A stretch of DNA of 59,634 nt, counting the filler, from Sphacelaria rigidula (taxonomy: Eukaryota), in the NCBI GenBank assembly GCA_964200075.2. It is 5 parts of 5 records of this genome, joined end to end, with 100 filler letters (N's around TTAATTAATTAA, not from the genome) between each part and the next. Parts side by side here need not be neighbours in the genome. Positions count along the whole stretch, not along the records: positions 1 to 11,848 come from CAXNAA020004425.1; 4 more parts are not named here. One strand, 5' to 3'. Numbering within the stretch: position 1 is the stretch's first letter; the number at the start of each line of letters is the position of its first letter. Of this stretch, positions 1 through 10,149 are shown piece by piece. The notes under the pieces were generated by a model that ran no database searches, was not told the DNA's origin, and worked only from the letters and a program-made list of their open reading frames with translations. The position numbers and the translations under genes were made by a program.

Positions 1-70
1 CTTCTGGTCATTTTTCGTACCTTTCTTAGGCAAAAAACGAGAAGGTATACTTTTTCTAGGCCATTGCCCC
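1..70. repeat. Dispersed repeat fragment at the contig 1 start
   Basis: Near reverse complement of 35574-35639 (TAGGCAAAAAACGAGAAGGTATACTTTTTCTAGGCCA vs TGGCCTAGAAAAGGTATACCTTCTCGTTTTTGCCTA). Both copies lie at contig ends. Confidence 0.8.
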
Positions 71-466
71 TGTTTTCCCCACCAAGTTCGGAGGATCAAA
101 ACACCTTCAAATGATTGGCCCAACTAGACATGATGACACACACCTAGGTGTGTTTGAAGATGTATCGGGACGAATGCAGAGGCCCAGGAGTACGCGATGT
201 TTTTTTTCACGTAGTGCTTGAGATTCAGCGACACTGACGGGCCATTCCGTGAAAGCCAATGACAAGGTACTCGAAAGTTGCGTGCGTCTCATGCCTTGAC
301 AGACGGGTTTGCTCCGAGTTGGGGCACAGTGCATCGCATTTTATTCTGTCCAGTATCCAGCAACTTGGTAGTTCCACGTGCTCCAGTTTGCGTCAAACTT
401 ACACAAATTGTCCAATGTATATCGACTTCTGCACGGTTTTATTATTTTTTTCTGTCCTGTATGGAG

Positions 467-1111
467 CGAAGACGGAGGCGGTCGCCCTCGTTGACAAAAT
501 GGCGAGGCCGTCCCCAGAGCGGGCGGATCTCCTCCGAGAGTTCTTCTTGCACCGCTTCAGCAATAACTTCGACCAAAAGCAGCAGGGAGCGGAGACGAAA
601 CGCGACAAATTCTTCTCTCGCGAGGCTGTGGACGGCATCAAGCAGGTAGGCACAGTCAAACGTTCAGTGGTAAATTCGTGTAGTGGGAATCACGCATATA
701 ATTCCACGATTTCATTTTGCAATACTCTTTTAGGAGCGCATGCAAGAATCGTTCGCATGGAGGCAGGTGGGGTCCGGACGATGTTGTTTTTGCCGCAAAT
801 GGCGTGGTGACGTGACGGCAGCCTTGTGAAGGTGGAAGAGCGAAACCCCAGTGTTTCACAGCCAAATAATTGCTCCGTTCGAATCTCGAGACCTCCAGTG
901 TTTGAGAAGTGTCGAAGAACGTTTGCACTCAGTGGGTACGAAGATGGCGCTAAGGCTTGTTTTGTTCCCAAGGCTAGTGCTTCTTATCCTTGGCGCGGCG
1001 TGCTCCTGCTACATTTTCCCTTTATGGGTGTGGAAAATGACACAGGTGTACCAGAAGGACTACACGCTGTTCGGCGCATACTTCGAGGAACATGAGCCGT
1101 GGTCATCGTAG
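467..1111 (+). CDS. Last two exons of a probable carbohydrate sulfotransferase (Sulfotransfer_2-like), 5'-partial
   Basis: Exon ~467-645 (acceptor uncertain; donor CAG|GTAGG) joins in phase 0 to exon 1046-1111 (ACAG|GTG...TAG). The join gives KFFSREAVDGIKQ-VYQKDYTLFGAY, resembling the C-terminal lY..Df.lFgY motif of this family. Family call rests on motif recall only. Confidence 0.6.
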
Positions 1112-1839
1112 CGCGCACGCTTGTTTTACATCCTGAGAAGATCCATTATACTCGCTACCACCGTGAACCACCGAGTCCAGCTTTGCTGTGGCGGAAAGTG
1201 CTACAATGGAGGGCGCGTGTGATATCGCTTTGCTTGTAGAGCGTGTTCAAAGAGTCCAATCCAGGTGAAGGACGGGAGTGCGCCCCCCCCCCCCCCCACT
1301 TCCTCACTCCGATCGGGATCAGGGGGATGCCTGTGGAGCACGATTCTCCCGCGCGTGACCCGTCGATGTCTGTGTTAATACGCTGTGGGGGGTGGGAAGA
1401 CGGCCTGTGCATCGTGTTTCCCGCGGCCGTATTTACTCTTGAGAAAATTAAGGTCGATAGTTATTAGTTTTCGTCGTAGGCAGTCAGTGTTGTGTTGTTT
1501 GTTCCATGATGAGTATTTCGAAGAAGCGCGTGTAAACACACTTCGAGATTCTTTTTTCAAGAGAGGCGGGGTGAAAACTTGTCTGCTGTGTCTGTCGTAT
1601 TCGCTTCTGTGTTGTAGGGCAAACGAAGAGAATGGAGTGGGGGGTCCAGAGAAACGTGGTGGCTGAGCGGCTGTTTCTTCATGTCTAGTAAATAACTTGA
1701 AAGCGACCGATGGCGATCGGCGATGAAGCACGCATCCTGTTTTTGTTTGTGAGAGGAACAGTGAAGTACATCACGGCGGGGATTTTCGCGATCAACAACG
1801 TTTTCGTGAGATCAGGAGCAGAGGATACGATTGAGAGTG

Positions 1840-3625
1840 GGAAGCGGTCAATTAGTGAACAAATCGTTTCAGCTCCGAAATGCCCCTTCACAAGGCGCAA
1901 TATGCTTTCTGTAGCAGCTTGCCACTCAGGCCCTTGATATCCCTGAGTAGGATATCGACGTGTAGTTGTAAGCACACGTCAGTGATGGAGGCAGAGAAAA
2001 GCAGACACGGAATGAAAAACTGCTCAAGTTGAAGCGAATGATCGAAGCCACTCTCAATGTCACAAAAACGTTATTGATCCGAGTTTCCCCCCCGCAATGC
2101 GTGATGCCGTCTTGGAGTGGCACATTGGCCTGGTTCAAGTTTTGTTGCGGTTGGTTATTACTCTTGCTGCTTGTCGTGGTCGAACCGTGTTTCCACCTCA
2201 ACGTGGTGCTCTGTGGATGGTGGGTATTGTATCCAGTGTATATACATATATTTCGTTTCATGGTTCTGTTTAGCGTTTATTGGTCCGCGCGTGCTGTAAG
2301 TGTGTTGAAACGAGACAGGGAATTGATGAATTTCGATGTTACTCCCGAGGCTTGGTTGCCGCTGGCACGAAGACATGATGATATTTTACTACTGATTGGA
2401 TAGTGCGTGTGATGTTCGTGATACACATGTGTGCGGGGCACCGTGTAGCGATGGACGTGTGTGCGTTGGAGGTACTCGTTCTCTACACGGTCGCAAGGGT
2501 GTATGCATACTGTTCGTCTTGTCTGCATGACTGTTTGAAATGATTGTTGTGTGCCTTTGGTGTGAGTTGTACCATTGTACACCTGAAAAGAAAATACAAG
2601 TCCAGGCATCTTGCCTGTGGATCGCTGTACAACGCGGTGTTGATTTGTCAGCGCACACGGCACGAAGTGGGCAAGTCTAGGAAAGGGTACGATATTTCAG
2701 TAATAACTCATCGACACGTACGATCCGTGTTGTGGAAAGCATTTTGTAATTGTCGTCCAGAGAGAAATTGCCCTTACTTTCAAAAAAATATGGGTCATTA
2801 TTTTCGACAATATTTTCGTGAGGTTGACAGTGAAAAGCGGGCAATTAGTGAATGATTTGTATCAGTTTCGAAATGCCCCTCCACAAGGCCCAATATGCTT
2901 TGCTGTAGTAGCTTGCCCCTGAAGCTGGTGACGTCCCTGTGCAAGATATCAACGTGTAGTTGTGAGCGCACGCAAGTTAAGGAGACAGAGAAAAGCACAA
3001 AATATGAAAAAATTGGTTAAGGTATAGCCAGTGATCAACACAACTCTCATCAGCGTTGTACTCTCGGTCTCACGAAACGTTATTTTGTTCTTAGAAAAAT
3101 CTTGTGTATCAAGTGATACTAAAATAGAGGTTTACGACTATTTTGTGAGAGTGGACTTGTTCGGAGCTTTTTGTCTCATACAAGAGATACCTCATTGCTA
3201 TAGAGAGGTACACCAGGATCACTGTTCCAATGAGCGGGGGAGCTCCCAAATGAATTTGCAAACGGGATTGCCCTCGACCATCTTCTTATGCGTCTTTCCT
3301 GTTCGGACATCGTTTCTTTCCTAGGGCCTCATCTTGGACCACATGTTGTGGCGACCACTCCACACTTAAATCTTCGTGAATTTGAGAGTTGAACGTACGA
3401 TTGAGTGATCCACGGTCATACAGTAAATACGCCCGTTCAGTTCCGAAATGCATCTGCACCACGCACAATACTCTCTCTAGTAATTTGCCACCAAGACCCT
3501 CGATATGTTTGAAGAGGAAGTCAACGTGGACCTGTAGGCACATGGCAGTGATGTGACGACGAAAAGCCCGAGCAGAAAGTTTGATTAGTTCATGTCAAAG
3601 CAAGTAATCAAATCCAACCTCAGTC
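1840..3625. repeat. Family A: three diverged ~230-bp repeat copies (~1840-2070, ~2835-3055, ~3405-3625)
   Basis: Shared core TCAG(C/T)T(C/T)CGAAATGC...CAATA...TC(G/A)ACGTG. Minus-strand translations align: CLQLHVDILLRDIKGLSGKLL / RSQLHVDILHRDVTSFRGKLL / CLQVHVDFLFKHIEGLGGKLL. Confidence 0.75.
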
Positions 3626-3988
3626 CCTCCAAAACCTAATTATAGCTTGTACGAAGTAGAGAAGGTGAGCCAATTTTCATCCACCTGTCCCGCGGTTTAA
3701 TTTTGGATTGCAAGCGATGATTGCACGATATGATCGATCGGAATAGTGCGTGGCAAGAGGAAATCCCGTCCCTGCGAGTCAAAAATTCAACCATTACCTC
3801 GAATAGGGTTGAAATCTTGACACCAACTAAGGCTTTCACTAACCGTGATTCCCACGCTTCTTGTTGTCGATAACATATATGCCACGGTTAGCTCTGGTAT
3901 TTACCTCTGGCCCGGACATTACATTTGGCAGATGGTGGAAACCATAGGTGGCATACACCCTCCCCGGACCAAGGGGAGATGATGCATT

Positions 3989-4395
3989 CCACGGTTGGAA
4001 CAAATTGTCGCGACGCAAAAATAGCAAATTGACCATTTCTTCTGCGTGATTGCCCGAGAGGGAGGAAAGAGTAGACGGCTGGTTCAAGGGGTGTCCCACG
4101 CAACTGTTGCGCCACTCCACGTGTCTGGGCTGCGTGTTCCTGGATTGTAAAGATGAAATAATGATTAGGGACTGATTCATCACGAGGCAACGTCTGATGT
4201 TGGATTCAACTAATTTCCTGACAAAAAATTCCACGGTTAGGACAAATAATCACCGGGTGTCCCACACGCCATTTGCGCCATTCCACGAGCCTCGGCTGCG
4301 TTTACCTGGGTTATGTGCTCTAGTGGGTTACTGAGATTCATTCATCACGAGTCAACGTATTTGACTGAAACCCAGTAATATCCTGACGAATCATT
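3989..4395. repeat. Family B: tandem ~242-bp repeat units (3989-4230 complete, 4231-4395 internally deleted)
   Basis: Both units begin CCACGGTT(G/A)G and share GGGTGTCCCAC...TTGCGCCA...GCTGCGT...ATTCATCACGAG...TCCTGAC. A third copy lies at ~6517-6760. Confidence 0.75.
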
Positions 4396-5312
4396 GTTGG
4401 TCCCATCAGTGAATCACTTGTCCTGACCGTGGTACGTGTATCCTAGGGTAGTTTCTTCGATCATAGGGGTATGAAACACTCATGCCTACACTTACTTGGA
4501 GACCCATCATGTGAGGAAATAAGAAGCACCCTCATTTCCCTTTCCTGGTTCATTATGCCTCCCCGGTAGCCTAGCTGGGGTTCGGTGCACATTCGAGGAA
4601 GCACACCTCCAGTTCTCACATTCATTTGCTGGTTCGCTAATGTTCATTTCAATTCTTCACCGAGTGTCGCCCCGCTTTGTTCGCAGAAAATGTCTTCCGT
4701 TTTGCACACGTTTCTCGGGATTCGAAATGCTTCAAGTTTTCTTGGGGCAATGATGAGCTCGTATTGATCATTTCCATTTTTACTAGTCACCATCAGTCGT
4801 CACGACGTGTGAAGTGGAAATGACGAAGATGATCCATATGATTCAATTCACACCCGTCATGATCGAAATATATCAATCCATCTCGTCCGTACATGAGGCG
4901 ATCGATTGGCACAACAAGATGAACGCCCGCATTTTCCAAGCGACATGTTCTATGGTGATCACGAAGCATGGTGTCGTGCACTGGTATGCACGCTTTTTCG
5001 GTGTCCTTCGTGACAAAATATTCGAACCCGTGCACCTACGCGCTCGTACGTCCCAAGACGTTGCGGTACCAATAGATGAGTGTACTGTGATCGACACGTA
5101 GGACGTCAGGGTCCAATCGCCGTCATAAACGTCGGAAGAAAATCGACGCATCATATGCTAGATGACCGTGTGCAGTTCCTTCGGTTCCTCAAGAATCGAT
5201 CTTCAGTTGCCTTGTATGCATCTGATCCCCCGACACGAGGAACCCTGAAGAGCTGAAACACCTTCACCCTTCATGACCAAAAATCTTAGCACGCGATTGC
5301 TCTGCTGTAGGT

Positions 5313-8300
5313 CTACTCGTCAGGGATGACAATCTCTCCCTCGCTGATGCCCGACTGTTCCACACGTCGCGACAAGTGCACACATTTTAGTAGCCGTGCC
5401 GTGTCGAGTTCGCCGTCGTATGATTTCGTACCAAAACGCAAAAAAGATGTCAAGAATGGGGCGAACGGGCGGAAGGGCGGACGGAAGAGCGGACGGAAGG
5501 GGGGGTATGGGATTAAATTTTTGTAGAGGGGCATGACAATTGGCTGCCTCATTCCCTTAGCGTGCGGACAGCTGGTGTGTTTACAAGCAGTAATGGCAGT
5601 ACGAGTCACCTCACCTACATCATTTATGGTGTATGACATAACCCGCTACTACTCATCAGCCCAGATTCCAATATTTCAGGGTCACTACTTCGTGTCACTA
5701 CGTCCCTCGATTCATACATTTTCGAATCCTGGCTCGAGGTATTGCGCATCGAAAAATGATCGAGGTCATACCATCACGCGTTACCTGGATGTCGCGGGGC
5801 GAGGCGCCGTTTACTGTACAGCCGACAGAGTTGCACGTGCCTAGCATCTCCTTGACCGTGCCGGCTAGAGTACGCGCCATGGATCGTTCACGCATGACGC
5901 GCGCAATGTCGATGACCTGATCCAGCGTGATGTTGCCGTCGTGCTTAATGTGCTTCACCTGTGACGAAATGAGTCATTGAAGCAACATCGTACGCACTCA
6001 GATGTAACGGAGCCACAACGTGAAATCGTGGATAATTCAATAGTCTATATGCTTCGTACCCGAAACAGCGGATAAGGAGTACGCGAGACACAATCCTAAT
6101 CGCTCCCAGTTTTTCCCGGTGTGGATCACGCAGACTGGAAAATTACCGGAACAGCCCCCGTCGATGAAGGAAGGTTTCCTCCATGAGCTTGTGGTCAGCA
6201 TCACGTTGCTTGCACACCATATCGATACTCTGCAAAATTGCTGTCGGTAACGAAAAAAGTGCAAGCTGCGACTCCGATCTTCGACACAGCAGGCACGTGC
6301 CACATGGAGGTTGACACACAAAAAAGCAAGTTCCATGTCCTCACCTTTTTGCGGTCACGCGGAGGCTCATTGAGGGCCTTGAGGATCAAGGAAGAGGCGG
6401 CAGGGATCACCGACACCGTCGCCTGTTGTGAAAAACACATGTGTAAACGCGCCACTCAAAGTCAGCAACGGTAGTCATAATGCAGCCGTGCTCAAAAATC
6501 ACCTCCGTGCATGTTTTCACGGTTAGGACGAATCATTACGGCTAGAAATCACCGAATTCACGATTTCTTCGGCCTGATTGCTCAAAGAGGAGAAAATAGT
6601 TGATCGCTGGTCCAAGGGGTATCCACGCAGTTTTTGCGCCACTTGACGTGTCCAAGCTGCGTGTATCTGAGCTGGACCGCCAGAATAAAACCTAGGGATT
6701 GATTCGTCATGAGTCGACTCATCATCTTGAAATTAAGTAATTTCCAGACGTATCATTTGTCCGACCTTTGCATTTTTTTGTACCGACGTTCATGATCAGG
6801 TCTGAGATTTCGTAGTTGCGGGTCTGATCCAGCTCGGATGTGAATTCGATAAAAGGGGAGAGTGTTCGGGTGACGGAACCTCCCGGCGACTCGCTAGTGG
6901 ATCTGACAGCTGAGCAATTGCTTTAGCCGAAGAGCAGCGTGAGAGAGCATTGGACGAAGCGACAACGAATACGAGTGACAAAAGTGTGGTTGTACAACGT
7001 CACAACGACACAAAACGCTCGAGTAGTTTTCACAGACAGCAGTGTGCTCTCCCCTTCGACGTCAAGGGGGCATTCTTGTTTTCATCGAAATAACATCTAC
7101 TTTTGATTCCATGGAAATGTAGTCCAGGTACATTCCGCATTCAGACACGGTAAAAGTCCGGTGCGGCCAAGACCGGTCGGGGGAACCAGACGAACGAATG
7201 TTAGGTTCCCCCTTGGGTTGATCTAGCCCAACAGTGCAAAAGCACCACTCCCCCCCTCCTCGCACGGGTAAGGCGTGGCGGCGGTTTGTGGTGGGCATGT
7301 GTTTTTTCACGACCTTGAGAAGGCTTCCTTGGTGATGCTAACGCTCGCACTACCGTTGTGTATGATCAACAGTCATGGGCAAATTTCACACTTTCACCGA
7401 TGATACCCACGTTCGCAGACACTTCGCCGATGATTTCGATTACATTTGCACTCATGAACGCTTGTGAAACGAACGCCACAGTCGGCCCTCTGTTATGCCA
7501 ACCGACAGTTCAACCCAAAGGTCGAGGGGTTTGATTCCCGACGAAATTATTGGGTGGATTACGATTGCATCGATGGAGGCCCAAGCCCGAAAAGTAGCAG
7601 AACGAGCACGGACCGTCAGATCACCGCAGTACAAGAGTGCTGATCTAGTCGGCAGTAATATGACGTCAAGGGGGTACTTCGTAAAGCTAAGAGCTACGGA
7701 GTCATCCCGAATAAGAGGTGGGCAAGCCCACGATTACGAAAACGTTCGGGGAGAAATGTGTCACTGAATTTGCCGGGGAACGGGGTGAATAATAAAGTCG
7801 GCGGTATACCTGGCGGTTGACGATGGTGAGTTTCACCGTGATGGGCAAACCCTTCCACTCCTGGGTGTTTTTCTGGATGTCCTCTCCGATCTTCTTGGGG
7901 GAGAGACCGAGAGGTCCCAACTTTGGGGCCAGAGCTGCCGTGTTTCCCACCTCACCCCCGATCGCCCTGAGGATCACATACTGTGCCTCACCTGTGTTAT
8001 CGTATTTCAAAACGTTGAGAGGGCGAATCGCATTTCGAGGAAACGGTATGGTCATCGGACACTCGTCATGCCGTAATTTTGGTGTGTGCTTTTCACCTAC
8101 AAACCAAACTGGCCCACAGCCTGATTCATAGTTGATACTTCCTCCCTCGAGTGTGAAATGTGCATTTTGTTTTGATGAATAATGACTGTACACCGAGCGA
8201 CACACCGTTGAGGTCATGGGATTCGGTGAAGGAAACACCGCACTATGCTGGGACCCCTACCCCAGAGTGAACCACGGATCGCCAGTTATCGCTTGCTCCT

Positions 8301-8799
8301 CTACAGCTACAGTAGTGGCGCGTCCAACATGATTGTTGTTCCTGCACGATTTTGAGGCTTCCGTGAACAGTGCGTAACTACATAAGTGCGTAGCAAAACT
8401 ACGGTGTTTAGCGGAAAGCTACAGGACAGCCCCGGAGTGTTGCAGAAAGCGAAATACCACGCAGGGCAGCTGCTGGCTCGCCATTGCTTCACGCACGCCT
8501 GGAGGCCAGAGAACGATTCGCGGCGTATACGTCATCGGTACTAGCGGACATTAGCAGTAGCTTGTTACATAAAGTAAGCGCACAAAAATGTGACGGGTCA
8601 CAGCTCGAGGTATCATCGCCAACACCACTCTCTGTGCACAAATCACCGACGCCGTATGGCCTGAGACCGCTATTTACGAGCTATTTCAGGCCACACACCG
8701 TCGATTTTCGTAGAAGAACTCACTCAAGTGCGTTGTTGCAATGATAAACCTCCTTCGAACATGGAAAACTCACTCACCAGTCGGCGGAGGGGGGCCCAT
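5313..8799 (-). CDS. RPL12: 60S ribosomal protein L12 (uL11), complete, 5 exons, 165 aa
   Basis: Exons 8799-8778, 7991-7810, 6422-6345, 5958-5785 and 5354-5313, all GT-AG with matching phases, 498 nt including TAG. Protein [46 protein letters not shown]...[32 protein letters not shown]...[21 protein letters not shown]...IVIPDE carries the hallmark uL11 motifs. Confidence 0.97.
6517..6760. repeat. Family B repeat copy in RPL12 intron 2
   Basis: Colinear similarity to 3989-4230 (CACGGTTAGGAC...ATTTCTTC...CTGGT(C/T)CAAGGGGT...GCTGCGTGT...TAATTTCC). Confidence 0.75.
7152..7252. ncRNA. Candidate structured RNA element (four abutting hairpins) in RPL12 intron 2
   Basis: Stems CCGGT/ACCGG (7158-7176), GGGGGAACC/GGTTCCCCC (7179-7212), TTGGG/CCCAA (7213-7231) and GTGC/GCAC (7234-7245), closed by AGT/ACT. 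No known family recognised. Confidence 0.3.
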
Positions 8800-9255
8800 T
8801 GTTTATAGAGGATGGATGATTGACACACTTGGAAAGCCCGGCGAGGTCTGTGGAAGAGAGCGTGTGAAACGAGGGTGGCTCGCCACCAAATTATGCCCAT
8901 CTTCGCGTTTTACAATAAAATAGTCATTTCACTGTATGATCAGACCTGTAGTGAGACGGAGACGCTTCCACGATGTTTGGAATGAATCGGATGAAGACAA
9001 GCTATAAAAGGCATATGGAGCACATAATTCCATTTTTCAAGAAAACTCTACAGCAGCTTTATATAAATAAAAATGCAAGCCCTCGAGGATAATGAATAGG
9101 TTCGACTTGGGTTCGATGTTCAAATACTAATGTTGGATAATGACAAACACGTAGAATTGGAAAACAACTGAGGTATTGGATATCATGTGCTTTCTCTATC
9201 TTTCGCTCGCGCAGTGGTCGTGTAGGCCGTAGAGCAAGGCAAGCGCAGTAGTGAC
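8800..9255. promoter_or_regulatory. Probable bidirectional promoter between RPL12 and the divergent ORF
   Basis: 456-bp head-to-head interval, AT-rich, with TATA-like CTATAAAAG (~9002) and TATATAAATA (~9060). Confidence 0.4.
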
Positions 9256-10149
9256 ATGATTCGATCGAGGGCAGCGTGTCGTGACATCCTTATTTTCAGC
9301 AGAAACGGTTCATCCAGGAGAAGAACCACCTTCAACACGTCGTGCATCACCAGCAAAACAGCTAGAGTCGTGCGGACCAGCGTCAACAGCGGTGGTGGTG
9401 CCACCGGCCGTGGTGCGGCACAGAGCCGCTGTATATTGATGAGCGATACCCGCCAGCACGACCAGCATGACGCTGCACTTTCCAAACCGAGCCACAACAT
9501 TATTGCGGCAGCACCGACAACGACAGTCCGCTACTACTCGGCACTGCCGTTCCGTTCCAGCTCCAAAGCATGTGTATTGCACCACACCGACCCCAGCTGT
9601 ACGACTATCGCCTATACCGACTTCCACCCGCCGTGGCCCGCCCGCCCCGCCGTCGCTCGCGCTGCCGGCGCATCTATCACCTCCAGAAGGTGCATGGCCA
9701 CAACAGGAACATCAACAGTAGATGACGAACGGGAACGAAACGACATTCCGACTAAGCCGAAGAAACGAGGACGCCCACGCAAGCCAAAGGCCGCAGAGCA
9801 GCACACAGGCTCCACTTCTGCTTCCGCCGCCAACACCCAGAGCAGCGCCAACACCTCTGGCGCCAAGAATAAGGTGGCCACTTTGGGGAAGCCGCGAAGG
9901 CAGGGCAAGGGGGGCGGCAAGAAGAGGGGTGAGGGAATCGATGAGGTAGCCGCGACTGGGACTGTCGAGGGGCAAGCGACTGGAGGGGACAAAAGGTGTG
10001 GTGATGGTGGACAAAACGAGAATCCGGCCGAGGCGGGGAATGATCTTCGGCGACTACCGCAGGCGGTTGTACCAGAGGCGGTTGTTGGAGAGGCAGCAGA
10101 GGCCAGGGAGGCGATCGGCGGTTGTGATATCGAGTTCGACATCGGAAGG
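9256..10149 (+). CDS. Probable first exon of an unknown protein (organellar transit-peptide-like N-terminus, AT-hook-like KKRGRPRK)
   Basis: 315-codon ORF with an R/S/T-rich, acid-poor N-terminus, GC-rich coding-like composition and a likely donor AGG|GTGTGT at 10149. Downstream exons could not be resolved. Confidence 0.6.

Noticed and set aside
1840-4395. Alternative genetic code (TAA/TAG = Gln) explaining aligned stops in the plus frame of the repeats
   Set aside because: The same codons are synonymous Leu (CTA/TTA/CTG) on the minus strand, host genes here end in TAG/TAA, and one aligned position has TGA.
5640-5685. Hammerhead ribozyme core (minus strand GAAA...ATC...CTGATGA) in RPL12 intron 4
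   Set aside because: Stems I-III cannot be formed around the core motifs.
6462-6726. C/D snoRNA (minus strand ATGATGA ... CTGA)
   Set aside because: The boxes are ~260 nt apart with no terminal stem, and the C box lies in a family B repeat.
10100-10149. PNPase N-terminus (IGGCDIEFDIGR)
   Set aside because: Similarity is too short, and no following LARxADG-type exon was found in the contig.
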